64,000 nucleotides of DNA from Dimorphilus gyrociliatus (lineage: Eukaryota > Animalia > Annelida), in contig CAJFCJ010000001.1 of NCBI GenBank assembly GCA_904063045.1, positions 3,545,320 to 3,609,319 of the forward strand. Direction: 5' to 3'. A program made the translations under genes and the position numbers. The notes under the pieces are model-generated. The model was given only the letters and a program-made list of their open reading frames with translations, was not told the origin of the DNA and searched no databases. Shown one piece after another: positions 50,361-60,734 of the stretch (the stretch's first letter is position 1; each line of letters opens with the position of its first letter).

Positions 50361-52688
50361 TTATATGTCGACGTTTACGCCAAGTGAAACGCTCTGCAAT
50401 ACGCGGCAACTAGACAACAGATTACGTAGCCAGTTAGTTTGAGCTTCGGTGAAGTAACATTCCAAAACGCAAAGCGAAAGAAGAGAATTAGAAGACGAGA
50501 CTAGTCCGTCGCATATTTTCTCAAATCCATCTCTCATATTGTAATTATGACTTAAATAAACATCTTCCAAACAGCAACATTCCGTTAGAAAGTCGGCCAA
50601 GCAAACGCTATTCTCCTTAGTCAGACGACAATCGGAAAGGTTTAATTTCAATAGAGATTTCGAAGAGGATTTTAAACCATCAAACACTTTACTATAACAT
50701 TTTCCCAGTGAATAATTATAACTCGAATCAGCTTTTTTCAACCCTTTACACTCTTTCAAAAATTCACCAACACTGTTGAAATGCTCCTCAACTTTTAAAC
50801 TATTCTTAAAGCTAAATTTAACAAGCGAATTGGCCAATGAAGTCTGTCGGCTCAGTACTTTCCTAAAACCACTTCCGCTGCACATAAAATTATCAATATG
50901 CAGTATTCGTAATGAATTACATTCACTCAACAGGTTGCCTAGACAACAACACTGTTCATCGGTTAGTGAGCATTTGTTAAGTTTCAGTTTGAAAAGAGAA
51001 TTGGACGATGATTTCAATCCGAGGCATACTTTAACAAATCCATTACGAAATTTCTTACAATTTCCTAAATTAACACTTTCCAAGCGAGTGCATTCTTCTA
51101 AAAATTCGCCCAACCAATAACTTTCATCCTCCGTAAAGAGATTATAGCGAAAGTCTATTTTCAATAGAGAATTCGAAGACGACTTTAATCCGTTGCAGAT
51201 GTTCTTGAATCCGTGACATTTATTATTCCATATAATCGTTTTTAACGAATGGCATTCTTTCAAGAAATCTCCCATCCAAACGCTTTGTTCTTCGGTGAAT
51301 GCACAATTCTCCACGTGGATTGTTGATAGAGTGTTTGATGAAGATGTTAATCCGTTACAAATACTACTTAATCCATCATCGCAATTGCATAGATAATCTA
51401 TATTGATATCTTCCAGACGAGTGCACTTTTCCAGTAAATCGCCCAACGATACGCTTTGTTCTTTATTCAAATTCACTAAATAGACAGCAATTGTCGACAG
51501 GGAATTACAAGATGACTTTAACGCATCGCATATCGTAATAAATCCACTCTCACTGTTTGTTATATATACCAAATTAACGTTCTTTAACGAGTGGCATGCC
51601 TCCAGGAAATTCGCCAACCAAATGCTCTGCTCCTCCGTCAATTGACAACCGTACAAGTTGAGATTGAATAGAGAATTCGACGACGATTTTAATCCTTTAC
51701 ATATTTTCTCAAATCCACTTCCGGTGTTTGAATTGTAACATAGACTAATGTCTTGTATATTATTGCATTGTTGAAGTAAATCGCCTAGCCAGAAGCTTTG
51801 TTCCTCGTCTAGATTACAGAATGGAAGATGAATGCTGTGCAGAGATTTCCATGAGCATTTCAATCCGGAGCATATTCTCTCAAATCCTCTCCAACACTTT
51901 GAATTCGAGCTCAAATCAATTTCCTGTAGTGAATTGCATTCTTCTAATAAATCGCCCAAGTAGACGCTCTCCCTTTCAGTCAATCCGCAATTGTGAAGGT
52001 TAACCTTTGATAGATATTTCGAAGATGATTTTAATCCGTCGCATATCTTCTGAAACGAATCTCCCCAACAATTTCCGCTAAAACTCAAATCAAACTCTTG
52101 TAAACTGGTACACTTTTCTAGAAACTCTCCTATTATAAAGCCTTCCTCCTCCGTCAAATCACACCTTGTTATTGAGATACTAGAAAGAGAATTCAAAGAT
52201 GCCTTTGGCTCGGAGAGGTTTACTTTAAAGATAATACCAGCATTGGTGATTTTCTCAAACGTTAAACTCTTTAAATGGGGACAATCCAGCAGTTGTTCAC
52301 CTAGAGAAAGATATTCGAAATCTTGTAGATTGCAATATTTCAAGTGTAGATGTTCAAGTGTATATAACGTTGGCAAGTTGAAAATGGAACTAAACGCGTA
52401 CAGCGTCAAACTCTTAATTGGATGATTAGTTAGGAAAGCTAAATCTTTTGCTTTTCCGTATTTCGCTCCTTTTAAAGAGACTGAGCTTAACGATACAATG
52501 TCATTTGTGAAAAAATTCAATTCGTTCACCGTAAACGGTTCATCAAAACTATTGGCGAATTCGAATATTTGTGTACCGATTAGGCTGGGTATGATAATAG
52601 AGTTTTCTCTACAAATCCTACTTAGCAGGTGTAAATTGTCTGTAATAACTCTTGTCGACAAAATTCCCAATGTTGAAACAACAACCAT
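50361..52688 (-). CDS. Intronless LRR protein 1 (775 aa): N-terminal BC-box/Cul2-box-like motif plus RI-type alternating ~28-aa LRRs
   Basis: Repeats of CxSLQEIDLSxN..GFxKICxGLKSS / SxSLxxINLxxCxLTEEQSxWLGDxL. N-terminus STLGILSTRVI...IIIPSLIGTQIF. No Walker A/NACHT. Confidence 0.9.
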   Translation of the reverse strand: MVVVSTLGILSTRVITDNLHLLSRICRENSIIIPSLIGTQIFEFANSFDEPFTVNELNFFTNDIVSLSSVSLKGAKYGKAKDLAFLTNHPIKSLTLYAFSSIFNLPTLYTLEHLHLKYCNLQDFEYLSLGEQLLDCPHLKSLTFEKITNAGIIFKVNLSEPKASLNSLSSISITRCDLTEEEGFIIGEFLEKCTSLQEFDLSFSGNCWGDSFQKICDGLKSSSKYLSKVNLHNCGLTERESVYLGDLLEECNSLQEIDLSSNSKCWRGFERICSGLKCSWKSLHSIHLPFCNLDEEQSFWLGDLLQQCNNIQDISLCYNSNTGSGFEKICKGLKSSSNSLFNLNLYGCQLTEEQSIWLANFLEACHSLKNVNLVYITNSESGFITICDALKSSCNSLSTIAVYLVNLNKEQSVSLGDLLEKCTRLEDINIDYLCNCDDGLSSICNGLTSSSNTLSTIHVENCAFTEEQSVWMGDFLKECHSLKTIIWNNKCHGFKNICNGLKSSSNSLLKIDFRYNLFTEDESYWLGEFLEECTRLESVNLGNCKKFRNGFVKVCLGLKSSSNSLFKLKLNKCSLTDEQCCCLGNLLSECNSLRILHIDNFMCSGSGFRKVLSRQTSLANSLVKFSFKNSLKVEEHFNSVGEFLKECKGLKKADSSYNYSLGKCYSKVFDGLKSSSKSLLKLNLSDCRLTKENSVCLADFLTECCCLEDVYLSHNYNMRDGFEKICDGLVSSSNSLLSLCVLECYFTEAQTNWLRNLLSSCRVLQSVSLGVNVDI

Positions 52689-53350
52689 TTTTTCCTGTCG
52701 CGTTTATCCTGAAAAATAATGAATACTTGAATTTTTATGTTTCCTTCTTAAATAGAAATTAAAGTTGCCATTAATCGAAAAAAAAATAACAACCAACGAA
52801 AGTAGCGATTTTATACTTTTTAAATTTTCATCTCTTAACTTTTCTTTTAAATTTCACTCTAGAAATTTTGATCTTCACTGCTTCAATACGAAACAATAGA
52901 GAATCTCAACAAATTATACATTAATTACTCGTTTATGCGTTGATCTGTTGAGTAAGCACGATTTGTTAATTTATTGGCAAAACACTCGCCATGTCACCTT
53001 TTGAGGTAAAAACCGGGTACTCGGTAAGGAGCCGGCAGGTTGCACAATTTAGCAAATAGAAAATTATTTATGAATCTCAAACTTGAATAACAAAAAACCA
53101 CTTATAAAGAATTTTGAGTTTTATTCAAATTAACAAAAATATCCACTTTTTCGGGTCAGGTTGACACTTTTTTTATAATAAAGATTTTTAGCAAAAATTG
53201 AACAATTTTGTCAAAATGTGATTCTTTAAAGTTTGTTTAAATTAAAACAAAGATAGTTTTGGCTTCAAATAAAGTCGGACAATCAAAGAAAATAGAAAGA
53301 AAACTTTTTCAACTATGAAGTAAAGTGATCAGTAAGAGAGACAGGGAGAT

Positions 53351-53354
<4 letters not shown>

Positions 53355-53389
<35 letters not shown>
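53355..53389 (+). repeat. (CA)n microsatellite between divergent LRR genes 1 and 2
   Basis: Directly visible run. Confidence 0.95.
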
Positions 53390-53393
<4 letters not shown>

Positions 53394-53856
53394 TACATAC
53401 ATAGAGTAAATCAATCAGCTGTACTCTAACCTTGGACACTGCATCTCTTCAGTGGAAGACATTTTGACAAGACATTAGGATGTAAATAAAAGAAATGCAT
53501 ATCTCTGCCATCATTTTAAGCCTATCTTGTTTATTTAAGGGAAATTACAATCAGCTTATAAACTTTTGTTACTGCTAGCAAGGATTTATTTATTTTTTAC
53601 AGCTTAAATCGTTATAATAGAGGAAAATAAATGCAATCTTATGATACGCTCTATTTCGTAATAATCACAAGATAACAACACTTTTTCGTGTGAAAAAAAA
53701 AGAAAAGGATTATTATACATCTTGAAGGAGAAAACATTAAAATTACCTATCCGTGACATGTTTTCCAATTGAAGGCGAAACATTAGAAACATAAAACTCC
53801 TTTCTGTTTGTCAAGATGTAGTTTGTCTGCTCTTTTTTGAAGAGAGTTGAAGAGAA

Positions 53857-55305
53857 ATGCCAATTAAAACATTGAAATATCTGTCAATAAATTTCATTAG
53901 GAATTATTTATATTTAATGAGCGAAATATGCAAAAGAAATTGTTTATTTCTACCTCATTCTGTTGGTTTGGAAATTTTTGACTATGCTAATAAAGACAAC
54001 CATCCATTCTCCATCTATGAATTGAAATTCTTCTCTTCCGACATTCTAAAGCTAACTGCCGCCGCATTAAAGCAAGAAAAGTTTAAGATGGTTAACAATT
54101 TGAGTTTTCTAAATAGTCATCCAATTCAATATCTATCGCTAACTGGATTTTCATCAATATTAAACTTACACTTTAATTATAATACAATTGATTTCTTGGA
54201 ATTAATAAACTGCAATCTTGGACTGGAGGAATCTGTAAAATTAGGCCAACAATTGTCAAATTGTCACCATTTGAAATCAATAAAATTGGAGAAAAGTAAT
54301 AATGCAGGAAATATTTTTCAAAAGAGTTTACCAGGAAAAAGGTTAATGAAAATCAGAATTTGCAATTGTGATTTGACAGAGGAACAAAATCATTTTCTTG
54401 GTCGTTTCTTGAAAGATTGCCACTCCTTACAAGAAATTGATGTCAGCTATAACGGAAAGAGTGGAAACGAATTGAAGCCTATCTGTAATGGATTAGAATC
54501 CTCTTCGAATAGCATTTTAAAAATCAATTTGGCTGGTTGTTCTCTAAATGAATTGACCAGTGGATTGTTGGGAGATTTCCTCCAACAGTGCAATTCATTA
54601 AGGACAATTGATCTTAGCTTTAATTATCTCTGCGGACAGGGATTTCAGAAAATCTGCCAAGGATTGAAATCATCCTCCAAATCGCTCTCGGAAATGAACA
54701 TTTACGAATGCTCTCTAACCGTTCAACAGAGCTGTTGGCTAGGTAATCTTTTAAGAGAATGCACTTCGTTGCAAATTATCGATTTCAGTTGCAATGACAC
54801 TTGCGGAAAAAGTTTACAAAGTATATGCGAAGGATTAAAGTCATCTTCGACAACTCTTACGAAAATCGACTTTAGCGGATGTTTCCTGTCTGACGAACAA
54901 AGCTACTGGTTGGGAGATTTTTTGGAAGAGTGTAACTCCCTTAAGGAAATTGATCTAAGCTTTAACTCTAACTGTAGAATTGGCTTTAAAAAAATATGCC
55001 ACGGTTTAAAATCATCGGCGAATACTCTTTTGAAAATCACTTTAGACGGCTGTTGTTTGACGGATGAGCAAAGCTATTGGTTGGCAAGCTTTCTTCAATA
55101 CTGCAATTCATTGCAAGAGATTGATCTCAGTTTCAATTCCAATTACGGAAATGCAATTAAAAATATATGTAACGGCTTAAAAACATCTATAAACTCTCTC
55201 TCAAAGTTAACTTTAGACGGATGCGATTTGACTGATGAACAAACCGACTGTCTAGATCAATTTCTCAAAGATTGCATTTCATTAAAAGAATTCTATTTCA
55301 CTTGA
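53857..55305 (+). CDS. Intronless LRR protein 2 (482 aa), same family
   Basis: N-terminus KTLKYLSINFI...LFLPHSVGLEIF; the same paired ~28-aa repeats (GLKSSS..L.EI....C.L...QS.WLG.FL..C.SL..ID.S.N). Confidence 0.9.
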   Translation: MPIKTLKYLSINFIRNYLYLMSEICKRNCLFLPHSVGLEIFDYANKDNHPFSIYELKFFSSDILKLTAAALKQEKFKMVNNLSFLNSHPIQYLSLTGFSSILNLHFNYNTIDFLELINCNLGLEESVKLGQQLSNCHHLKSIKLEKSNNAGNIFQKSLPGKRLMKIRICNCDLTEEQNHFLGRFLKDCHSLQEIDVSYNGKSGNELKPICNGLESSSNSILKINLAGCSLNELTSGLLGDFLQQCNSLRTIDLSFNYLCGQGFQKICQGLKSSSKSLSEMNIYECSLTVQQSCWLGNLLRECTSLQIIDFSCNDTCGKSLQSICEGLKSSSTTLTKIDFSGCFLSDEQSYWLGDFLEECNSLKEIDLSFNSNCRIGFKKICHGLKSSANTLLKITLDGCCLTDEQSYWLASFLQYCNSLQEIDLSFNSNYGNAIKNICNGLKTSINSLSKLTLDGCDLTDEQTDCLDQFLKDCISLKEFYFT

Positions 55306-55802
55306 AAAATCTGATAACAATAATAAAAATTCACAAGAATTTGCATAATACTTCCGAGAAATTTCACCTTTTTTCGCCAATCGTGTCCTATCCAACAACC
55401 CAACAACTCTGGGAGAGATAGGATTCTAATGACCCGTCTTCGTGGGTAGTATTCTCTATCGTAGGCATAGAAACATTTCCAACAATTTACAATGTTCTCG
55501 TAGGCGAATTATTTCATTCTGATGTCTATAGCCTTGGCGCTTGGTGCTCTGTTCTTCCATTCGCCCAACTAGTAAATGTTTCGGGGCTGACGTGTTCTAT
55601 TCTGCAGACATTTTCCAATTATCACACTCGTCTACGGGCTATTTGGTTTTTTTCGGATTATTCGGACCTGCAGGTAGGGCAGTGAGTTAATAGACGCTTT
55701 CCGTTTTGTGCACTCGAAAGATCAGTCAGTCTGGCAGTTGAAGAGAAAAAGAACGATGCTTTACAACGACAGCAACATAGTTAATATCGCATTATTGGCA
55801 AC

Positions 55803-57299
55803 TCAAAAACTACAACGTCTGCCTAAATATAAATCACAATAGTCTCTTTGCTCTTTTGTTAAATCACATTCAAAGAGACCAAGATCCTTGAGAGAATTTG
55901 ACGATGATTTTAATCCATCTATAATTTTCATAAATCCCTGCTGAAGATGTTTATTTCCGTAGAGAGCAACAATCTCTAATGAATTACATTCCTTAAGAAA
56001 ATCACCTAAAAAACAACCTTGCTCCTCCGATAGTTTACATTGCCAAAATTCTAGTAATGAAAGTGATTTTGACGAAGATTTTAATCCATCGCAAATTGAT
56101 CTAAATCCCTCTCCGCATTGGTCATTCTCACCAAAACCAAAATACTCTAGTGAATTGCACTCTTTCAAAGCGTCTCCCAACCAAAAACTTTGTTCTTGAT
56201 TTATATTACAACAGCCTATAGTAATTTCCAAAAGAGATTTTGACGATGATTTTAATCCTTCGCAAATTGCTTTGAAACCTTTACGGCAGTTTTCATTCCT
56301 ACTTAAACTGGCCTTTTGTAATGAATTACACTGCTTCAGAAAATCACCGAACCAAAAACTCTGCTCTTCATTCAATTTACAATTGCTAAAGTCAACTTCC
56401 GATAGTGAGTGTGACGACGATTTTAATCCTTCGCATACATCTTTAAACCCCTTCCCCCAAGAATCGTTCGACCATAAAATTGCTCTATCCAACGAATTGC
56501 ATTCTCTTAAAAAATCTCCCAGCCAATGGCTTTGTTCCTCGTTGAACTGACAGCCACCGAGGATCACTTCCACTAGTGATTTAGCCGAAGATCTCAATCC
56601 TACGAAGATACCTTTAAGACTATTTCCGCAACGACTATTTAAACTTAAATTGACTTTCCTTAATAATTTACATTCCTTTAGTAGATCAGCTAACGATAGA
56701 CTTTGCTGTTCAGTGAGATTACAATTGGAAAAGCTCATTTCAAGAAGCGATTTTGATGAGAAGGATAATCTATAACATAATTCTCCAAATCCGTTAACAT
56801 CGTTGCCGCCGTCGACGGGTGGATTCTGATTTATTGAACTAAAGACGCTTCGCCTAAAATTGACAGTTTTTAGCAAAGTACAATTCGACAATTGTTTGAT
56901 TAGAAGATTAAATTCATCGTAATTATGATAGCAATTGCAGAAGAATAATTGAAATTTATCCAGCGACGTCGGCAAGTACAAATTGGGAAATGAATGAAAG
57001 TCCATTAACGTCAAACTTTTCAAAGGATGACCTCTAAGAAAACTTAAATTGTAGTCGTCTTCTTTAAAGAATCGTCGTTTTACGAGAAGACTTGTAAATT
57101 GAAAAATGTCGGATGAAAAAAATTCTAGTTCCTTTGTTGAAAGTTTATAATTATTTTCAATAATAAATTCAAAAACTGACAAGCCCAACAATTCGGGTAG
57201 AATATATCCGCTTTGTCTATAAATTTGACTAATTACATGTAAATTTTCGACCACTGTACTTAATGCGAAATTTTTCAATTTTATAATAAACATAGTCAT
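55803..57299 (-). CDS. Intronless LRR protein 3 (about 496-498 aa; ATG at 57299 or 57293), same family
   Basis: N-terminus MFIIKLKNFALSTV...YILPELLGLSVF; paired LRRs with GLKSSS(K/H)SL and EEQSFWLGD motifs. Confidence 0.9.
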   Translation of the reverse strand: MTMFIIKLKNFALSTVVENLHVISQIYRQSGYILPELLGLSVFEFIIENNYKLSTKELEFFSSDIFQFTSLLVKRRFFKEDDYNLSFLRGHPLKSLTLMDFHSFPNLYLPTSLDKFQLFFCNCYHNYDEFNLLIKQLSNCTLLKTVNFRRSVFSSINQNPPVDGGNDVNGFGELCYRLSFSSKSLLEMSFSNCNLTEQQSLSLADLLKECKLLRKVNLSLNSRCGNSLKGIFVGLRSSAKSLVEVILGGCQFNEEQSHWLGDFLRECNSLDRAILWSNDSWGKGFKDVCEGLKSSSHSLSEVDFSNCKLNEEQSFWFGDFLKQCNSLQKASLSRNENCRKGFKAICEGLKSSSKSLLEITIGCCNINQEQSFWLGDALKECNSLEYFGFGENDQCGEGFRSICDGLKSSSKSLSLLEFWQCKLSEEQGCFLGDFLKECNSLEIVALYGNKHLQQGFMKIIDGLKSSSNSLKDLGLFECDLTKEQRDYCDLYLGRRCSF

Positions 57300-57574
57300 T
57301 GAGAAATATGAAGAAATTCTCACGAAGTGAAACGCCTCAGTCTGCTATGGAAACTACAACTGGTTGAAAAATTGAGGAGCGCTTTTAGGTTGCAAATAAT
57401 TTATATATTCACAATTTTTTTCCGTTCAGCCTACCTTTTTTTATGCTTTCAATAATGGAAACTCTGAAAGCCGGATATTTTTTCTAGTTCTATTAATAGA
57501 TTGTCGTTTGTTCGATCTCTTATTCCAAGAACAAGACTTAAGTCGTCGTCGTTGTTTGTTTGTTTATTGATTAA

Positions 57575-59581
57575 TTAAAAGAATATTTGGCTTGTGTTTT
57601 TGTAGAAAGGACATAATTTGGTTAAATTTTCTATTAAAATAGTTTGTCTCTCACTTAAATGACAATTGTTAAAATTAATTTTGTTTAGGGAATTTAACGA
57701 AGACTTTAACCCTTCAAGTATTCTCTCGAATGCCTTTCCGTATCTTGTATTATTCGATAAGTTTATCTCTTGCAATGATGAGCACTTTTCAAACAAATCT
57801 CCCAAACAGTAAGCTTCTTCTTCGTTCAAGTCGCAATCGCTAAAGCTTATGTTTAAAAGCGTTTGCGAAGAGGTTGATAATCCGTCGAATATCTTCTCGA
57901 ATCCTTCTCCGCTCACTCTACTCTTCGTCATATAGAATTCTCCCAACCAAATACAATCTTTCAATAGAGCACCCAACCGGAAACCCGTTTTTTTGTTCAG
58001 TTTACACCCTGAAAGACAGATCTTTGACAATGAACGACACGAAGTGCCAAGTCCCGCGAAGAGTTTCTCAAATCCTCTTTCGGCGCATGCGCTAGAAATA
58101 AATTGAATTTCTCGAAGAGAAGTGCACTGTTCTAATAGATCACCCAAAGCAACAGTCTCCCCATCGTTGAAAGAATATTCGTCATTGTTGATTTTTAAAA
58201 GATTGCCCGAAGACGACTTTAAACCGTGAATTATTCTTCCGATTCCCTTTTTTCCGTGCTTATTATCCGTAAAGAATTTCATTTGTCGAATTGAATTGCA
58301 GCCTTTGAGAAAATCACCCAACAGACAACACTCTCCCTCAGACAATTGACATTTAATATTTATCTCTAAAAGGGAATTTGAAGATGATTTCAATCCTTTC
58401 AAGATCTTTTCCAATCCATTTTTTTGGATATCATTCTCGTTCAAGCGAATCTCTTCCAATCGCCTACAATCTTTTAATAAATTGCCTAATTTGGCACTTG
58501 ATCTTTCACTTAAACTCAACTTACCGAGCTCAAGTTTTATTAGGCAATCCGACGATGATTTTAACCCATCGAATATCCACTCTAACCCCTTTACGTAGTT
58601 GTCGGCGCCTTGAAAATGGATTTCTCTTAATGAATTACACCGTTTGAATAAGTCACCCAGCGAATATCCCTCCTCTTCGGTTAGACTAACGTTTACAAGG
58701 GCAATCTTGAAAAGAGAGGCTGAGGAGGATTGTAGGGCGATAAAGATTTTCTTTTTCAACTCGTGACCGTAACCACCGAGCGAGCACAAGTAGATTTGTC
58801 TTAACGAAGAGCATTGCGCTAAAAAGTCCCCTAACCAAATGCACACCTTTTCGTTTAGCTGAAGAGATAGTTTAACGTTTAGGAGATGTTCCACTGAAGA
58901 TTTCAATCCGTCGAATGTCTTCTTCAGTCCTTCTCTACATTTAGTGTCAAAGCTCAAATCTATTTCTTGCATCATAGTACACTGTTTGAGTAAATCGCCT
59001 AAAGAGGACGACTGTATTCCAGTCAGGGAACAGTCGATCACTTCGATTTTTACTAGACAATTTGACGAAGATTTCAATCCTTCGCAAATCTCTTGAAATC
59101 CTTTTTGCCAAGTTGCCGAATTTAAACACTTCAGATGATTTACAGTTTCTTCCAGCCGTATCACCTTTATCCAACAACAATTCGACAACAATCTTCCCAA
59201 ATAGTTGATATCCGACGACTGAAGATTGCAATTAATCATTTCGAAATTTTCCAGCAAAGGTGAAAGATGTAGTTTATTAATTTGATGATAGTTTGTTAAC
59301 GATAAGGATTTAACTGGATGATTCCTTAAAAATCCACCATTCAATCCTTCTGCTAAGTCTTTATTCTTCATCTTAACCGACGTTAATTGCATTATATTCG
59401 AAGAGAAAAAGTTCATATCGTTCAAACAGTAGTTGTACTGATCGTTACAAATATAACTAAAAATTTCCATACCAAGCGAATGAGGTATAAGCAAACAGTT
59501 CTTTTTACAAACTTCACTCATCAGACGTAAGCTTCTCACGACAAATCTAAGCGACAACTCTTTCAACTTTTCAACGTACAT
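57575..59581 (-). CDS. Intronless LRR protein 4 (668 aa), same family
   Basis: N-terminus MYVEKLKELSLRFV...LLIPHSLGMEIF; paired LRRs, more divergent than those of copies 1-3. Confidence 0.9.
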   Translation of the reverse strand: MYVEKLKELSLRFVVRSLRLMSEVCKKNCLLIPHSLGMEIFSYICNDQYNYCLNDMNFFSSNIMQLTSVKMKNKDLAEGLNGGFLRNHPVKSLSLTNYHQINKLHLSPLLENFEMINCNLQSSDINYLGRLLSNCCWIKVIRLEETVNHLKCLNSATWQKGFQEICEGLKSSSNCLVKIEVIDCSLTGIQSSSLGDLLKQCTMMQEIDLSFDTKCREGLKKTFDGLKSSVEHLLNVKLSLQLNEKVCIWLGDFLAQCSSLRQIYLCSLGGYGHELKKKIFIALQSSSASLFKIALVNVSLTEEEGYSLGDLFKRCNSLREIHFQGADNYVKGLEWIFDGLKSSSDCLIKLELGKLSLSERSSAKLGNLLKDCRRLEEIRLNENDIQKNGLEKILKGLKSSSNSLLEINIKCQLSEGECCLLGDFLKGCNSIRQMKFFTDNKHGKKGIGRIIHGLKSSSGNLLKINNDEYSFNDGETVALGDLLEQCTSLREIQFISSACAERGFEKLFAGLGTSCRSLSKICLSGCKLNKKTGFRLGALLKDCIWLGEFYMTKSRVSGEGFEKIFDGLSTSSQTLLNISFSDCDLNEEEAYCLGDLFEKCSSLQEINLSNNTRYGKAFERILEGLKSSLNSLNKINFNNCHLSERQTILIENLTKLCPFYKNTSQIFF

Positions 59582-59785
59582 CCTTCTTCTGCTCTTCCTC
59601 CTACGATTATGTTTTGTTAGAGATGGGCGAACAGTTAATCACTACAACATGATTATTCCCATGGTATCCTTCCTTATAACAACCTTACCAGCCTAATTCG
59701 CAAGTAACCTTACCAATTGTTTTCCCCCCCGGATAGAGCTGATGATTTTTGATTAATGATTGCATGCTATTATTTTCTTTACCGT

Positions 59786-59823
<38 letters not shown>

Positions 59824-60279
59824 TCTCTCCAAACTTTTTCTCTATAAACCGTAACGCTCTTAAAATGTTTGTTTGAATCTTCTCTCCTCCACTATCCTCC
59901 AATTCAGTGTTGAAAGAGTAAATACTTGCGAAAAGTAAAGGAAAATGACCCTTTCTACTCGATTTTATCCTCGGAATAATGATAGATGATATATAAAGAA
60001 TCTACGCTATAAATCTTAATCATTTATTCAAAACGAATATAGTCACTTATAATTTAACAAATGATTAAACGATTTGAATAAGAACATTCAACTATAACCA
60101 TAGTTGCCATGACTATTCCGTGGTTATAACTACAGTTGACTTTTAGCGGATGATATGAGAACTAATTAATGAATTTTATTTTCCTCCTTTTTAATTACGT
60201 CTAATTAATGTGAACAAGGATACGAAAATTTTCATCACACTTTCAAAATTGACTTGAAATTAGATATAAATTTCACATT

Positions 60280-60480
60280 CAAAATTCTGAAGATATACTT
60301 TGCAATAAATCACTCAGTTACAGAGTCTGCTTTTCATCTAGATAGCGAATGCGATGATGAATTAGCCAATCGGCTACACACTTTTCGATTTGTACATCCA
60401 ATAGAAAAGCATTCCTTTTTCGTTCAAACTACACAGACTACTTCCAAGAGATACAAGTTGATTTTCAACAGAGAAATCAT
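60280..60480 (-). pseudogene. Probable decayed fragment of a fifth LRR-family copy
   Basis: Minus-strand pieces in shifting frames match the family repeat: SLLKINL (60474-60454), CSLNEK (60433-60416), KVCSRLANSSSHSL (60384-60343), LDEKQTL*LSDLLQ (60341-60300, stop where family members have W). Confidence 0.45.
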
Positions 60481-60734
60481 CTTGAACAACACCTTCAAAC
60501 TGGTCCATAACGTCATCTTCATAATCACTATCTTAGGTGGTGAACGAATAGTCTCGAACTGCAATCTACTGCAAAAGGGGGGAAGTAAAAATTGAGAGAA
60601 AAGCTCACGTAAAAAAAGAGAACGTTGAAAATTTATTAGAGTATCAAGTTCTAAATATTTTAGCAAGAGAAAATTTGTTAAAAGAGACAACATCGAAAAC
60701 GAGAGGTAGGAAAGGAAAGAAGGAAGAGAAGAAA

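Noticed and set aside
53604-53792. 62-aa minus-strand ORF with faint similarity to the LRR-family N-terminus (FFSHEKVLL)
   Set aside because: Similarity is too weak; there is no BC-box pattern and no following repeats.
50776-59231. Short ORFs overlapping the LRR genes (e.g. 50776-51120, 56272-56550, 57874-58095, 58378-58647, 58947-59231)
   Set aside because: Antisense or alternative-frame shadows of real coding sequence.
50361-59581. Interpretation as NLR immune receptors or as a CRISPR-like DNA repeat array
   Set aside because: No P-loop/NACHT domain in or near any ORF. The periodicity is degenerate protein-coding LRR repetition (~84/168 nt), not identical repeats with spacers.
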